Assembly: GCA_965238175.1 (NCBI GenBank)
Contig: CBDEGZ010000003.1
Span: 3,200,001-3,264,000 of the forward strand
Origin: Gammaproteobacteria bacterium
Lineage (GTDB): Bacteria > Pseudomonadota > Gammaproteobacteria > CAJXQU01
Direction: 5' to 3'
DNA length: 64,000 nt
The position numbers and the translations under genes were made by a program. Below are positions 31,818-42,665 of the stretch, one piece after another. Under the pieces are notes generated by a model, which was given only the letters and a program-made list of their open reading frames with translations, searched no databases and was not told the DNA's origin. Position 1 is the first letter of the stretch; every line of letters begins with the position of its first letter.

Positions 31818-32669
31818 ATGAACGAAATGATCAAAAACCTTTGCCTTTTAACATTAACTACCACCATCCTGGCTTCGAATAGCTTTACTATTCAAGCTGA
31901 ACCTCCACCCAATATTTCATTAGCGAAGATCTATCAGAAAAATGAAGATATTGGACAATATTGGGTTAGCGAGAAACTCGATGGTGTACGTGCATATTGG
32001 AACGGTAAAAATTTGATTTCGCGACAAGGAAATCGTTTTAGTGTACCGAACTGGTTTACCAAAAAATTTCCAGATCAAAAACTCGATGGTGAACTCTGGA
32101 TCGGGCGCGGTACCTTTGAGCAACTGGTCAGCACTGTTAGAAAACATCGGCCTGTTGATTCCGAATGGCAAGAAGTCAAATACATGATTTTTGATCTACC
32201 CGATTCGGGCAAAAACTTCACTGATCGTTTAGTTGAATTGAAAACACTCATCGATCAAGTCAGTCTTCCGCACTTGCAACTCATCAAACAGACACGTATT
32301 ACTAATCACGATCAATTACAAAAAAAATTACAAAGTGCGATCAAAAAAGGCGCTGAAGGTTTGATGTTACATCGTGACGATTCACATTATCGCACTGGGC
32401 GCAGTAGTGACCTATTAAAAGTTAAAACCTATCAAGATGCTGAAGCCATTGTGATCGCTTACTTACCTGGCAAGGGTAAATATAAAGACATGCTTGGCGC
32501 GCTATTGGTTGAAATGCCGAATGGGAAACGGTTTAAAGTTGGATCTGGTTTTAAAGACAAGGATCGAAAAGCCCCACCTAAGATTGGATCTCAGATCACT
32601 TATAAATATTTTGGTTTTACAAAAAAAGGCATTCCAAAGTTTGCGAGCTTCTTACGTATCAGGAAGTAA
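31818..32669 (+). CDS. Minimal ATP-dependent DNA ligase with predicted signal peptide (LigE type)
   Basis: Motif I SEKLDGVR, LDGELW, FDLP, EGLML, LLKVK, OB-domain GSGF and PKFASFLR; N-terminus MIKNLCLLTLTTTILAS...IQA looks like a Sec signal. Confidence 0.92.
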   Translation: MNEMIKNLCLLTLTTTILASNSFTIQAEPPPNISLAKIYQKNEDIGQYWVSEKLDGVRAYWNGKNLISRQGNRFSVPNWFTKKFPDQKLDGELWIGRGTFEQLVSTVRKHRPVDSEWQEVKYMIFDLPDSGKNFTDRLVELKTLIDQVSLPHLQLIKQTRITNHDQLQKKLQSAIKKGAEGLMLHRDDSHYRTGRSSDLLKVKTYQDAEAIVIAYLPGKGKYKDMLGALLVEMPNGKRFKVGSGFKDKDRKAPPKIGSQITYKYFGFTKKGIPKFASFLRIRK

Positions 32670-32688
32670 ATCAGCTCTAAAATTTTAT

Positions 32689-34737
32689 CTATACTCGGGC
32701 AATCTCCACCAACACAGAATGCACAGTACTGCTTTCACCCATGTCAGATTTTATGCCTGGATTGAGAACATTAATATTCGCTTTGCTACCTTGCTGGCGC
32801 TTCGGCCAAAATCCTTTGTAACTGAGTGCAACCCCACGTGGCACCTGATCAGAAACAGCCAGTTCTAAATTTATCTCGCCCGTGTCATTGTATAAACTGA
32901 CTTGATCACCAATAAATAATTCTCTGTTGCTGGCTTCTTCGGGATGCAGGATCACTTTTGCTTTTCTCAATTGCTTTTCAATTTTCGGATCAATTCCGTA
33001 GCTGCTGTTCAGTAACCAAGCTGACGCAGGCGAAAGTAATTTGAGCTGACTTCCCAATGATTCAGGATCCAGATCGGCATGTGGTTCTGGGATCAAAGGG
33101 TGACCATCTTCCTCAGCCTGTTTTGAGGCAATTTCGATCTTTCCGCTTGGTGTCGGGAAATGACCATCAGTAAACTGTAGAACAGGATCTTTTGCGATAG
33201 GAACAGTGCCTTTTTCAGAAAGTGATTCAAATGTTTCTCCAACGCCGGATCCTTTGAGTACGCGATCAATAATCGCTCGATCAGATTCAAATAATTCAGC
33301 TTCAGTGAATCCCATCGCCTTAGCTAGACACCGAAAGATCTCGGAATTTTGTAATGACGCTCCCATCGGCTCAACGGCCTTAACTTGAGCGGACAAGCTT
33401 AAATTGAAATAGGACACGACTAAATCGTCATGTTCGAGAAAACTTGCTGCGGGCAAAATATAATCCGCATAATCTGCAGTATCAGTTGGAAAGATGTCTA
33501 GCACCACCGTCAATAAATCCTCGCGAGATAATGCTTCGCGTTGTCTTGTTTGTTGTGGGTTAGAAGCCAAACTATTCGCGTTCCAGCAAAAAAAGGCCTG
33601 GGAACGATCAGGATCTTCCAAACAATCGGCAAGATCCATATGACTGATACTTTCTGATCCTTCGCCCAAATGTGATCCTGACACATAATCTTCATCGATA
33701 TTGCGATTTCCAAAACCATTAAGATACAAAAAACCACTACCTGCTTTACCAAAATTTCCCGTCACGGCGGGTAATAAAGAACAGGCGCGCATCGCATTCC
33801 CTCCGCGATTTTGTCGTTGCAAACCCTGTCCGAGCCAAAGCATGGCCGACCCACTTCCATAAATCTTTGCGGCTTGTTCGATGAAGTGCGCAGGGACACC
33901 AGTTTTCTCTTCGGTCCAATCGGGCGTGCAAGACAATAACTTCTCTTCTAGCTGTTCCCAACCGATTGCATTATTAGCAAGATAGTCACGATCAATTTGT
34001 TCATCGCGAAGTAATACGTGCATTATTCCAAATGCTAATGCGGCGTCGCTGCCTGGATAATTCTGTAAATGCAGATCAGCAGCTTCAGCCGTTTCGGTAC
34101 GGATAGGATCTACGACCACAACTTTAGCAGATGACTCAGACAGCCAGTATTTATCAATGTGACTAGCCGAAGACGATGGGTTGGCTCCCCACACAAGAAT
34201 ACATTCAGCATCCTTCGCTGTGCGCGGATCAAAACCATCCAACGAACTACCGTAATTATAATCAAGTGCGGTATGACCTGCATTATTACAAACCGTATCA
34301 GGATTAACTTCGGTCGCGCCTAGTCGATTAAAGAAGCGCATAGGAAACAAAAAACCAAGTAACGCAAACGTACCCGTGTAATGGGTATTCAGTATTGTAC
34401 GCGCGCCTTTTTCCTGAATAATGTTTTGTAGCTTTTCAGCAATTTCAGATAAGGCTTGATCCCAACTTACAGGTTCAAAACGACCCTCACCCTTTCGTCC
34501 AGTCCGACGTAAAGGTTGGGTAATTCGTGAGTCTGGATCAAGCCAAGTATTGTTATAAGCAACAGCACATTTAGGACAAAGTTTACCGCGACTCACTGGG
34601 TGTTTTGGATCACCTCCTACTCTGAATATTTTATTATCTGCAATCGTGATGGCCATGCCGCAAGCATCGTAACAATCCCGTGGGCACGTTGTTAAAACCG
34701 TTCGTTTTTTACTAGTCGATGCTGCATTGGTTTCCAT
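32689..34737 (-). CDS. Molybdopterin (bis-MGD) oxidoreductase catalytic subunit, uncharacterised subfamily
   Basis: CPRDCYDAC...LCPK 4Fe-4S motif, WGANP, VVDP, TADYADYILPA, FPTPSGKIE, C-terminal LHPEEA; no RR signal; ATG 34737. Confidence 0.9.
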   Translation of the reverse strand: METNAASTSKKRTVLTTCPRDCYDACGMAITIADNKIFRVGGDPKHPVSRGKLCPKCAVAYNNTWLDPDSRITQPLRRTGRKGEGRFEPVSWDQALSEIAEKLQNIIQEKGARTILNTHYTGTFALLGFLFPMRFFNRLGATEVNPDTVCNNAGHTALDYNYGSSLDGFDPRTAKDAECILVWGANPSSSASHIDKYWLSESSAKVVVVDPIRTETAEAADLHLQNYPGSDAALAFGIMHVLLRDEQIDRDYLANNAIGWEQLEEKLLSCTPDWTEEKTGVPAHFIEQAAKIYGSGSAMLWLGQGLQRQNRGGNAMRACSLLPAVTGNFGKAGSGFLYLNGFGNRNIDEDYVSGSHLGEGSESISHMDLADCLEDPDRSQAFFCWNANSLASNPQQTRQREALSREDLLTVVLDIFPTDTADYADYILPAASFLEHDDLVVSYFNLSLSAQVKAVEPMGASLQNSEIFRCLAKAMGFTEAELFESDRAIIDRVLKGSGVGETFESLSEKGTVPIAKDPVLQFTDGHFPTPSGKIEIASKQAEEDGHPLIPEPHADLDPESLGSQLKLLSPASAWLLNSSYGIDPKIEKQLRKAKVILHPEEASNRELFIGDQVSLYNDTGEINLELAVSDQVPRGVALSYKGFWPKRQQGSKANINVLNPGIKSDMGESSTVHSVLVEIARV

Positions 34738-34933
34738 TACACACCTCAAACACAATTGCTATCATTCAAAAAATGAGCTGAAATTCTCTTTGATACTATC
34801 AAGGATAAATTGGATCAGTCTATTGCCCATCATGGGTAGCTCTGACAATTTTTGCTCGGACTGTAGTGTAAGTGTAACAACTGGACTGATCGTAGAACGG
34901 GACGTTAGTTAATTATCTTAAACCTGGTCTGGG

Positions 34934-35341
34934 TTAAGTAGAATGATAAACCTCACGCGCTGCCTTGAAATGTTCTAAGGAATAATCAGTCAGCCATTTG
35001 AGATCTAATGCTGGGCTCGCTTTGTCTTTCGCGTGATAGTAGGCTTCCATAAATTCTTCGTCGGGAGCATGTAACCATTCCTCTGTTTGAGTTTGGACTG
35101 ATAGTGAATCTTGTCGAAAGATTTCCTCAAAGACAGCATCAACAATGACGTCAAACGATTTTTCTTTTATGTTATAGCCAGTTGCATAACCTCGACAAAA
35201 ACCAAGAATAGAAGCGGTGATATATCGACTAGTTTGCATTTCAGACGGTACATTATCGTAAAGGCTTTTAAGTGGATCAAAACAATTTGAAAAAGCCTGC
35301 TTTAATTTTTTCTTGTGTTTCAAAACTTCCAAACCAAACAT
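34934..35341 (-). CDS. Hypothetical protein, paralogue of 35372-35782
   Basis: ATG with AGGAGG RBS; about 50% ungapped identity with its neighbour supports a real gene. Confidence 0.85.
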   Translation of the reverse strand: MFGLEVLKHKKKLKQAFSNCFDPLKSLYDNVPSEMQTSRYITASILGFCRGYATGYNIKEKSFDVIVDAVFEEIFRQDSLSVQTQTEEWLHAPDEEFMEAYYHAKDKASPALDLKWLTDYSLEHFKAAREVYHST

Positions 35342-35371
35342 AGTTTATTTACCTCCTATGTGTTTCCCTAC

Positions 35372-35782
35372 TCATAACATTAAACCCGTCGCAGGTTTGA
35401 AGTTCGCCTTTAGGTATTCCGTTAACCAAGCAAGATCTACTGTCTCACTTTTCTGTGAACTCGCATGCTGATATGCCTTTAGAAATTCTTCATTGTTCTC
35501 GCTTTCCCAACTATCTGCACGGGTTTGAACAGCAACAGATTCTCGTCGGAACAATTCTTCGAACACCGCGTCTGCAATCACGTTGATGTCCTTTTGTTTA
35601 ATATTATGTGATGCGCTGTAAGTTCTACAGACACCTAAAATAGAAGCGGCAATTTGTGGGCTTGTTTGCATATCTAGTGGGACGTTTCCAAGCTCGTCTT
35701 TCAGCGGCTGAAAACAATCAGAGAACGCTCGTATTAATAATCTTTTATGTTTTCCAGCTCCAAACCCGAACATCTTTGCCAT
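35372..35782 (-). CDS. Hypothetical protein, paralogue of 34934-35341
   Basis: ATG preceded by GGAG; shares AFSxCFxPLK, NVPxxMQTS and DAVFEExFR with its neighbour. Confidence 0.85.
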   Translation of the reverse strand: MAKMFGFGAGKHKRLLIRAFSDCFQPLKDELGNVPLDMQTSPQIAASILGVCRTYSASHNIKQKDINVIADAVFEELFRRESVAVQTRADSWESENNEEFLKAYQHASSQKSETVDLAWLTEYLKANFKPATGLML

Positions 35783-35840
35783 TCTCCGAACTCTTAGATT
35801 GTTTAGTTTTAATCTGAAGTTTTCATTTTTAGATCAAAAA

Positions 35841-36216
35841 AGAGTTGGCCGATAAGCCGGGTTCTGTCCACCTCTAAATAAATTTAGGGATGTGACAGTC
35901 ATTCATCTGGGATGCACGTCACCATGCACCTCTAGCAACCTACCCGGGAACTCATGCGGACCACACGATACCGCTCGAAGCGGCGCATTCCCCTATTTGG
36001 TCTTGCTCCAGGTGGGGTTTACCCTGCCACTGGCTTTCACCAGCGCGGTGCGCTCTTACCGCACCATTTCACCCTTACCTGTCGAAACAGGCGGTATATT
36101 TTCTGCGGCACTTTCCGTAGGCTTTCGCCCCCTAGACGTTATCTAGCACCCTGCCCTATGGAGCCCGGACTTTCCTCTGTTACCTTATAGATAACAGCGA
36201 CTGCCTGGCCAACTCT
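35841..36216 (-). ncRNA. rnpB: RNase P RNA, bacterial type A
   Basis: Minus strand contains GAGGAAAGUCCGGGCUCC, GGAAAGUGCC, GGUAAACCCC and ACAGAACCCGGCUUAU; P1 helix AGAGUUGGCC/GGCCAACUCU; located downstream of rsmI. Confidence 0.98.
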
Positions 36217-36223
36217 GCTGCCT

Positions 36224-36229
36224 AGTTTA
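36224..36229 (-). promoter_or_regulatory. Putative rnpB -10 element
   Basis: TAAACT followed by a GC-rich discriminator AGGCAGC directly before the RNA 5' end. Confidence 0.4.
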
Positions 36230-36264
36230 CCTGAACTAGCGACAAGCGGTTAATTAGCAGGCAT

Positions 36265-36288
36265 AAAAAGCCTACAAAGATGAGGCTT
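36265..36288 (-). terminator. Weak intrinsic terminator after rsmI
   Basis: Minus strand AAGCCT-N9-AGGCTT followed by TTT. Confidence 0.35.
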
Positions 36289-36359
36289 GTATATTATTTA
36301 AATCAAAAAGAAGCTTTATTTTTGATCTATTTTAAAGGCTGGGATATAACAACTTATTT

Positions 36360-37229
36360 TTACTTTTCCTGGTCTATTTTTTCTTGCGCCAACTTATAGA
36401 GCTGATTTTTTTTTGCCCCCGTGATCTTAACTGCCACTGCCACGGCCTGGCTTGGTGGAAGGCTTTCTAATAATATTTCCAGGATCCTTTCTGGTTCACC
36501 ATCTTCTTTTTGATCTTCTTGTTGAAACCCTTCAACAAGAATCACAATCTCACCTCGACATTGGCCTGGATCATTTTCTAGCCATTGTTCAAGTTCTTGT
36601 AACGATTCTGACCGTATCGTTTCATAGATTTTTGTTAATTCACGCGCAATGCAAGCGAGCCTCTTTGATCCAAAGATCTCTTTCAAATCAGAAATACAGG
36701 CGGCTAACCGATGTGGTGCTTCATAAAAAATCTGTGTCGCTGATTCCGCTTTTAAAGCCTGTAGTGTTTTTAGTCTCGCCATTTTCTTTGCAGGCAAAAA
36801 ACCATTGAAGGTAAATCGATCAGACGCGAGACCTGATACGCTAAGAGCTGCAATTAATGCACAAACTCCGGGTATCGGAATAACCTGAATGTCCACCTGT
36901 CGCGCAAGCGATAAAAGGTAATATCCCGGATCACTTACCAACGGTGTTCCTGCATCGCTGATCAAAGCCATGCTTTCGCCAGCTTGAATTCGTTCAATCA
37001 AATCTGCAGCGACTTTTCGCTCGTTATGATCATGACAGGCTTTCATTGAGGTCGTGATACCAAACTTTTTCAGCAAACCGCCACTATGCCGGGTGTCTTC
37101 TGCCAGAATCAGATCAACATTTTGCAAAGTCGCGATCCCTCGCGGCGTCATATCATCAAGATTTCCAATCGGTGTCGCAACAACATATAAAATACCGCTT
37201 TGTTGTTCCTGATCTTGCTTTCGTGCCAC
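36360..37229 (-). CDS. rsmI: 16S rRNA Cm1402 2'-O-methyltransferase
   Basis: LYVVATPIGNL, AEDTRH, SDAGTPLVSDPG, YEAPHR, ARELTK. Confidence 0.97.
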   Translation of the reverse strand: MARKQDQEQQSGILYVVATPIGNLDDMTPRGIATLQNVDLILAEDTRHSGGLLKKFGITTSMKACHDHNERKVAADLIERIQAGESMALISDAGTPLVSDPGYYLLSLARQVDIQVIPIPGVCALIAALSVSGLASDRFTFNGFLPAKKMARLKTLQALKAESATQIFYEAPHRLAACISDLKEIFGSKRLACIARELTKIYETIRSESLQELEQWLENDPGQCRGEIVILVEGFQQEDQKEDGEPERILEILLESLPPSQAVAVAVKITGAKKNQLYKLAQEKIDQEK

Positions 37230-37295
37230 TTAAGAATACCCTCACGTTGAAAAATAAATGTTAAACTCCCAACTCATCCGATCGTAGGAACAGAA

Positions 37296-39207
37296 ATGTT
37301 GTTTCAACCACCAATTCGTTTATTTCCTTTTTTATTGATTCTGGCGCTATTTGCCGGCTGTGTTAGTCAACCAACCAAAGAAGAAGCTCCACCTCCAGGC
37401 CAAATCGAAGTTGCCATACAACTATTAGGCAGTGGTGATTATAACGCGGCGGCCGCTGAATATTTGAAATTAGCTAACAGTGCTTCTTCGACTCTAGAAG
37501 ATGGCACACCTTCTTTTTTGATATCCGATTACCAACTCTCAGCAGCTGAAGCTTACGTTAAAGCGGGTGACAGTCTCAAGGCCAGAAAAGTACTTGCGTT
37601 GGTCGAACACAATTTGTTAGATGCACCCTTAAGCGATCGATACCACCTAACTAGCGCAAAAATCGCACAACTTGACCAACAACCTGAACAGGTCATCAGT
37701 TCACTCGACCAAATATCAGCTGACCAACACACTCAAAAAATGCTGCAAATGCAGATTGCTGCCTTTGGAGAATTAGATTCGCCAATAGAAGCCGCTCGCA
37801 AACGAGCATTAATCGATCCCTTTCTTGAATCAACTCTCGAACAGAATGAGAATCGTCGAGCAATTTGGAAAACGATCAACCAGCAAGAACTAGCAATTCT
37901 CAAACAACTACAAACCAACTCACGAGATCCGTTAATAGGCTGGAGTCAACTTGCAAGCATAGCGAGAGAATCAATCTTTGACGCAGAAATTTTTGGGCGG
38001 GAAATTTCGAGGTGGCGTTTGAATTTCCCAGAACATGCTGCTGAAGAACCCATTCTCAGTGAGTTATTTGAAAAAAGTAAAACCTTAGGAACCAAAGTCA
38101 CTAGCATTGCACTGTTACTTCCTGAAAGTGGACGCTTTGCTCAAGCCGGTGCTGCACTGCGAGATGGTTTTTTATCTGCATGGTATAGCGAAAATGATCG
38201 ATCCGATCAGCCAATAGTTCACGTCTATGACGCAAATGAAGAAAACATTCTCGATGTTTATCAACAAGCTATTGAGGAAGGTGCGGATCTTGTCGTTGGC
38301 CCATTAGAAAAGAATACGCTGAAGACATTATTATCGATGCAAACATTGCCAGTAAGAACGTTGGCTTTAAATCAGCTTGATGAACAATCCTTAGTTCAAT
38401 TCCAAACCCATATTGATTCTGATCATTTTTACCAATTTGGACTCTCTCCCGAACAAGAGGCAAAGCAAGTTGCTAGCAAAGCCTGGGCAGAAGGTTATAC
38501 TCAAGCACTGGCTATAACGCCCGAAGGTAATTGGGGCGATCGGCTTTTTGATGCCTTTAAAACTGAATATGAAGAGCTCGGTGGCATCATTTTGGAACAT
38601 CAAAAGTTTGCCACTTCGACAACTGAATATTCCACTATTGTCTCTCACCTTTTGAATATTGATGGTAGTCAGCAACGTTTTGATGCCTTGACCAAAATAT
38701 TGGATCGCAAGATCAAATTTGAAGCGCGTCCAAGAAAAGATGTGGATTTTGTCTTTATGGCAGCCCTGCCAGTTCATGCACGTCAAATTCGACCACAACT
38801 ATTATTCCATCGTGCTTCACGAATACCCGTAATTGCAACTTCACATACCTTTGGTCTGCCACCCCGTGGAGAACCAGATCTTGATCTTGAAGGCGTTATT
38901 ATTGGTGATATGCCGTGGTTGATCGAGAATCAGGAAATAGATCCTGAGACACCTTTATCAATGCAGCAAAATTGGCCAGACAACAATGCTGCCTTCCTGC
39001 GACTTTTTGCACTCGGTATTGACGCATACAAAATTATTCCACACCTCGGTCGTTTAAGGTTGCAAATCGGTGAAAATTTCATTGGTGAAACTGGCACTTT
39101 ATCGATGAATGAAAATGCACAGATCCAGCGTGACCTGGCGTGGGCAAAATTCTTGCGTGGAAAACCTAGTTTGATCAAAAATCAATACTCTTCAAATATT
39201 CCATCTC

Positions 39208-39236
<29 letters not shown>
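37296..39236 (+). CDS. lpoA: PBP1a activator lipoprotein LpoA
   Basis: Lipobox LFAGC, TPR-like N-half, IALLLPESG, VVGPLEK, LALN, RLFALGIDAY; divergent from rsmI. Confidence 0.92.
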
Positions 39237-40163
<927 letters not shown>

Positions 40164-40172
40164 GAATTAATT

Positions 40173-40754
40173 ATGTCAAAAATGAGTTTGATAAATCTGT
40201 CACTGATTTGTTTGTTAGTACAGGCTTGCGCCGCCCCACTCGTCGTTGGTGGCGTTGCAACCGGAGCTGCGGTGGCAAACGATAAACGTACAACAGGCAC
40301 TTTTGTAGAAGACGAGGTGATAGAATTAAAGATCAGATCTGCACTATTAGGAGATAAATCTTTTAAAGATCAAATTCATATCAATGCCACCAGTTTTAAT
40401 ACTATTGTTTTACTTACTGGTGAAGCGACAACTGAAGCAATTCGTCAGCAAATCGTAACGATTGCTAAAAATATCGAAAAGGTTAGTCACGTCTTTAATG
40501 AAATCCGGATCGCGGCGCCAAGCGCACTGTTGGCGAGAAGTAGCGATACACTGCTGACATCAAATGTTAAAGCACGTGTTTTGGCCGACAAAACTGTTGA
40601 TGGCACCAAAGTCAAAGTCGTTACAGAAGCTGGGGTTGTTTACCTGATGGGAATTGTCACACGCCAACAAGGTGCGAATGCAGCACAAGTTGCAAGTAAA
40701 GCCTCGGGTGTTCAGAAAGTTGTTAAACTTTTTCAGTACATCGACCAGGGTTAG
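40173..40754 (+). CDS. dolP: Dual-BON domain lipoprotein (DolP/YraP)
   Basis: Lipobox LVQAC, DKRTTG, two BON domains (LLTGE, GVVYLMG). Confidence 0.88.
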   Translation: MSKMSLINLSLICLLVQACAAPLVVGGVATGAAVANDKRTTGTFVEDEVIELKIRSALLGDKSFKDQIHINATSFNTIVLLTGEATTEAIRQQIVTIAKNIEKVSHVFNEIRIAAPSALLARSSDTLLTSNVKARVLADKTVDGTKVKVVTEAGVVYLMGIVTRQQGANAAQVASKASGVQKVVKLFQYIDQG

Positions 40755-40781
40755 TATTTAACAACTGGAACCTATGACTTG

Positions 40782-41198
40782 TTACTTTACGACGCGTAGG
40801 AAAGGCGGCTTTTTTGATCCCTTATTAGTAGGGGGAGGGGTACCAGGATCCTCAGGTGGTGACGTGGTTGGCGGCGGTACGTTTTCTTCTTCAGCAAACA
40901 CCATACCCTTACCATTTTCCTGCGCATATATTGCTTTCACTGCATAAACTGGTACGTGTATATCTTGAGGAACCCCACCAAAACGTGCATTAAAATAGAT
41001 CCACCCATTTCCTAGATCTAAAAATTTAACTGCCATGGGTGAGATATTCAATATTATCTGTCCATCTGTCACGAACTCGAGCGGGATTTGTGCACCTTCA
41101 GCCTCTGCATCTACCATCAAATGCGGTGTTAAGTCATTGTTGAGAATCCATTCATAAAATGCTCGAACCAGATAAGGTTTCGTTGGGCTTAAATCCAT
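40782..41198 (-). CDS. sspB: ClpXP adaptor SspB
   Basis: PYLVRAFYEWILNN, ARFGG, YAQENG, C-terminal LRVVK. Confidence 0.96.
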   Translation of the reverse strand: MDLSPTKPYLVRAFYEWILNNDLTPHLMVDAEAEGAQIPLEFVTDGQIILNISPMAVKFLDLGNGWIYFNARFGGVPQDIHVPVYAVKAIYAQENGKGMVFAEEENVPPPTTSPPEDPGTPPPTNKGSKKPPFLRVVK

Positions 41199-41215
41199 GT
41201 CTAACCTACCTCACA

Positions 41216-41839
41216 CTATCCAAGTTCTCGTTCAGCTTCAGACATACTCGTCTGAAAACCTTCGCGATCAAATAACTTCTTCGCATATTTCTGTAATGGT
41301 TTTGCCTGTGGTGGCAGCTCCACGCCGTAGCTTTGAAGACGCCAAAGAATGGGGCCAAGACTACAATCGACCAGGGAAAAATCGTCAGACATAAAAAATT
41401 CAAAACTTTCAAAGGCGGGTGAAATTGCAGTAAGGTTATCGCGCATTATTTTTTGAGCATTTGTTTTTACTGCTTCTTTACCATTTCCTATATCATCTAT
41501 GAGACTGTAAAGATCTTTCATAATTCGGTAGGCTAACTGACGATTCGTTGCTCGGGAGACAGGATCAACCGGCATAAGTGGAGGATGCGGAAATCGTTCA
41601 TCCATATATTCCATAATAATCCGTGGTTCATACAAAACCAAATCACGATCTACCAGTGTCAATACAGAGTTGTAGGGATTTAATCCGATGATTTCTTCAG
41701 GAATATTGTCATGATCTACGAAATTGACTTCAACATTAATGTCTTTTTCTGCAATACAAAAACGAACACAGTGACCAACCGGATCCAATGGATCAGAATA
41801 AAAAGACATGACTGAACGTCGATTAACAAGCGCATTCAT
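41216..41839 (-). CDS. sspA: Stringent starvation protein A
   Basis: LVDRDLVLYE, EYMDERFPHPPLMPVDPVSRA. Confidence 0.96.
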   Translation of the reverse strand: MNALVNRRSVMSFYSDPLDPVGHCVRFCIAEKDINVEVNFVDHDNIPEEIIGLNPYNSVLTLVDRDLVLYEPRIIMEYMDERFPHPPLMPVDPVSRATNRQLAYRIMKDLYSLIDDIGNGKEAVKTNAQKIMRDNLTAISPAFESFEFFMSDDFSLVDCSLGPILWRLQSYGVELPPQAKPLQKYAKKLFDREGFQTSMSEAERELG

Positions 41840-41871
41840 TAGAAAACCCCATAAAGAAATACTAAACGAAA

Positions 41872-41880
41872 ATCATACCA
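41872..41880 (-). promoter_or_regulatory. Putative extended -10 promoter for sspAB
   Basis: Minus strand TGGTATGAT. Confidence 0.35.
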
Positions 41881-41933
41881 CGCTTGTCAACCCCTTCCCC
41901 ATTCAATAAATGGAGGAGGATAAAGTCTTAATA

Positions 41934-42665
41934 CTAACGTACGTCTTTCCAGTATTCTTTTTTCAGCAAATAGGCGGGAACAAGCAATACTAATAGGAAT
42001 ATAATCACCCAGAAACCAATATCCTTTCTGATTAATTTTGCAGGCTCCCCCATGTAGACCATGAAATTAACCAAATCACGCCGTGCGGTTCTAAATTCAC
42101 TTTCACTCATCTTACCCGGCGTCATCAGTGCTAAATTATTAATCACCTTTGATGACTCATCGCCATGATGATCGTCATAAACTGGTTTTTGCATACCCTG
42201 TAATTCCAGTAAAACATGCGGCATCGCAGTATCTTTGAAAACCAGATTATTAACGCCTGTCTCTTTACCAGGATCAACATAATAAGAATCCAGGAAAGTA
42301 TAGATCCAGTTCGCGCCACGTGAACGGGCAATCACAGAAAGATCTGGCGGTGCTACACCTAGCCATTTCTTCGCATCATCAGCACGCACGGCAACCTTCA
42401 TGTTATTACCGATTTTATCGGTGGTAAACACCATGTTTTCGAGCATAACCTCTTCAGGTATACCCAAGTCTTTTGCCATGCCGTTAAAGCGCATGTAAGC
42501 CGCGGAATGGCAACTTAAGCAATAGTTAACGAATAGCTTCGCCCCCCGTTGCAATGATGCCCTGTCACTAAGATCTACACGTGCATCTTTAAGTCTAACA
42601 CCGGCACCAGCAGCAGAAGCCGCAATAGGGACAATCAATAAAAAAATCAGTATAAGTTTTTTCAT
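41934..42665 (-). CDS. petC: Cytochrome c1
   Basis: Signal peptide, CLSCH, PPDLS, AMP, C-terminal TM. Confidence 0.97.
   Translation of the reverse strand: MKKLILIFLLIVPIAASAAGAGVRLKDARVDLSDRASLQRGAKLFVNYCLSCHSAAYMRFNGMAKDLGIPEEVMLENMVFTTDKIGNNMKVAVRADDAKKWLGVAPPDLSVIARSRGANWIYTFLDSYYVDPGKETGVNNLVFKDTAMPHVLLELQGMQKPVYDDHHGDESSKVINNLALMTPGKMSESEFRTARRDLVNFMVYMGEPAKLIRKDIGFWVIIFLLVLLVPAYLLKKEYWKDVR

Noticed and set aside
32689-34737. Selenocysteine recoding in the Mo enzyme
   Set aside because: The ORF is uninterrupted and the candidate ligand is an ordinary Cys.
34756-34933. Moco riboswitch upstream of the Mo-oxidoreductase
   Set aside because: Only a short UCCGAGC similarity; the characteristic 3' CCUCCCGU...GGAAAGG element is absent.
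35892-36190. Two + strand ORFs (84 and 78 aa)
   Set aside because: They lie antisense to the RNase P RNA and are artefacts of its GC-rich sequence.
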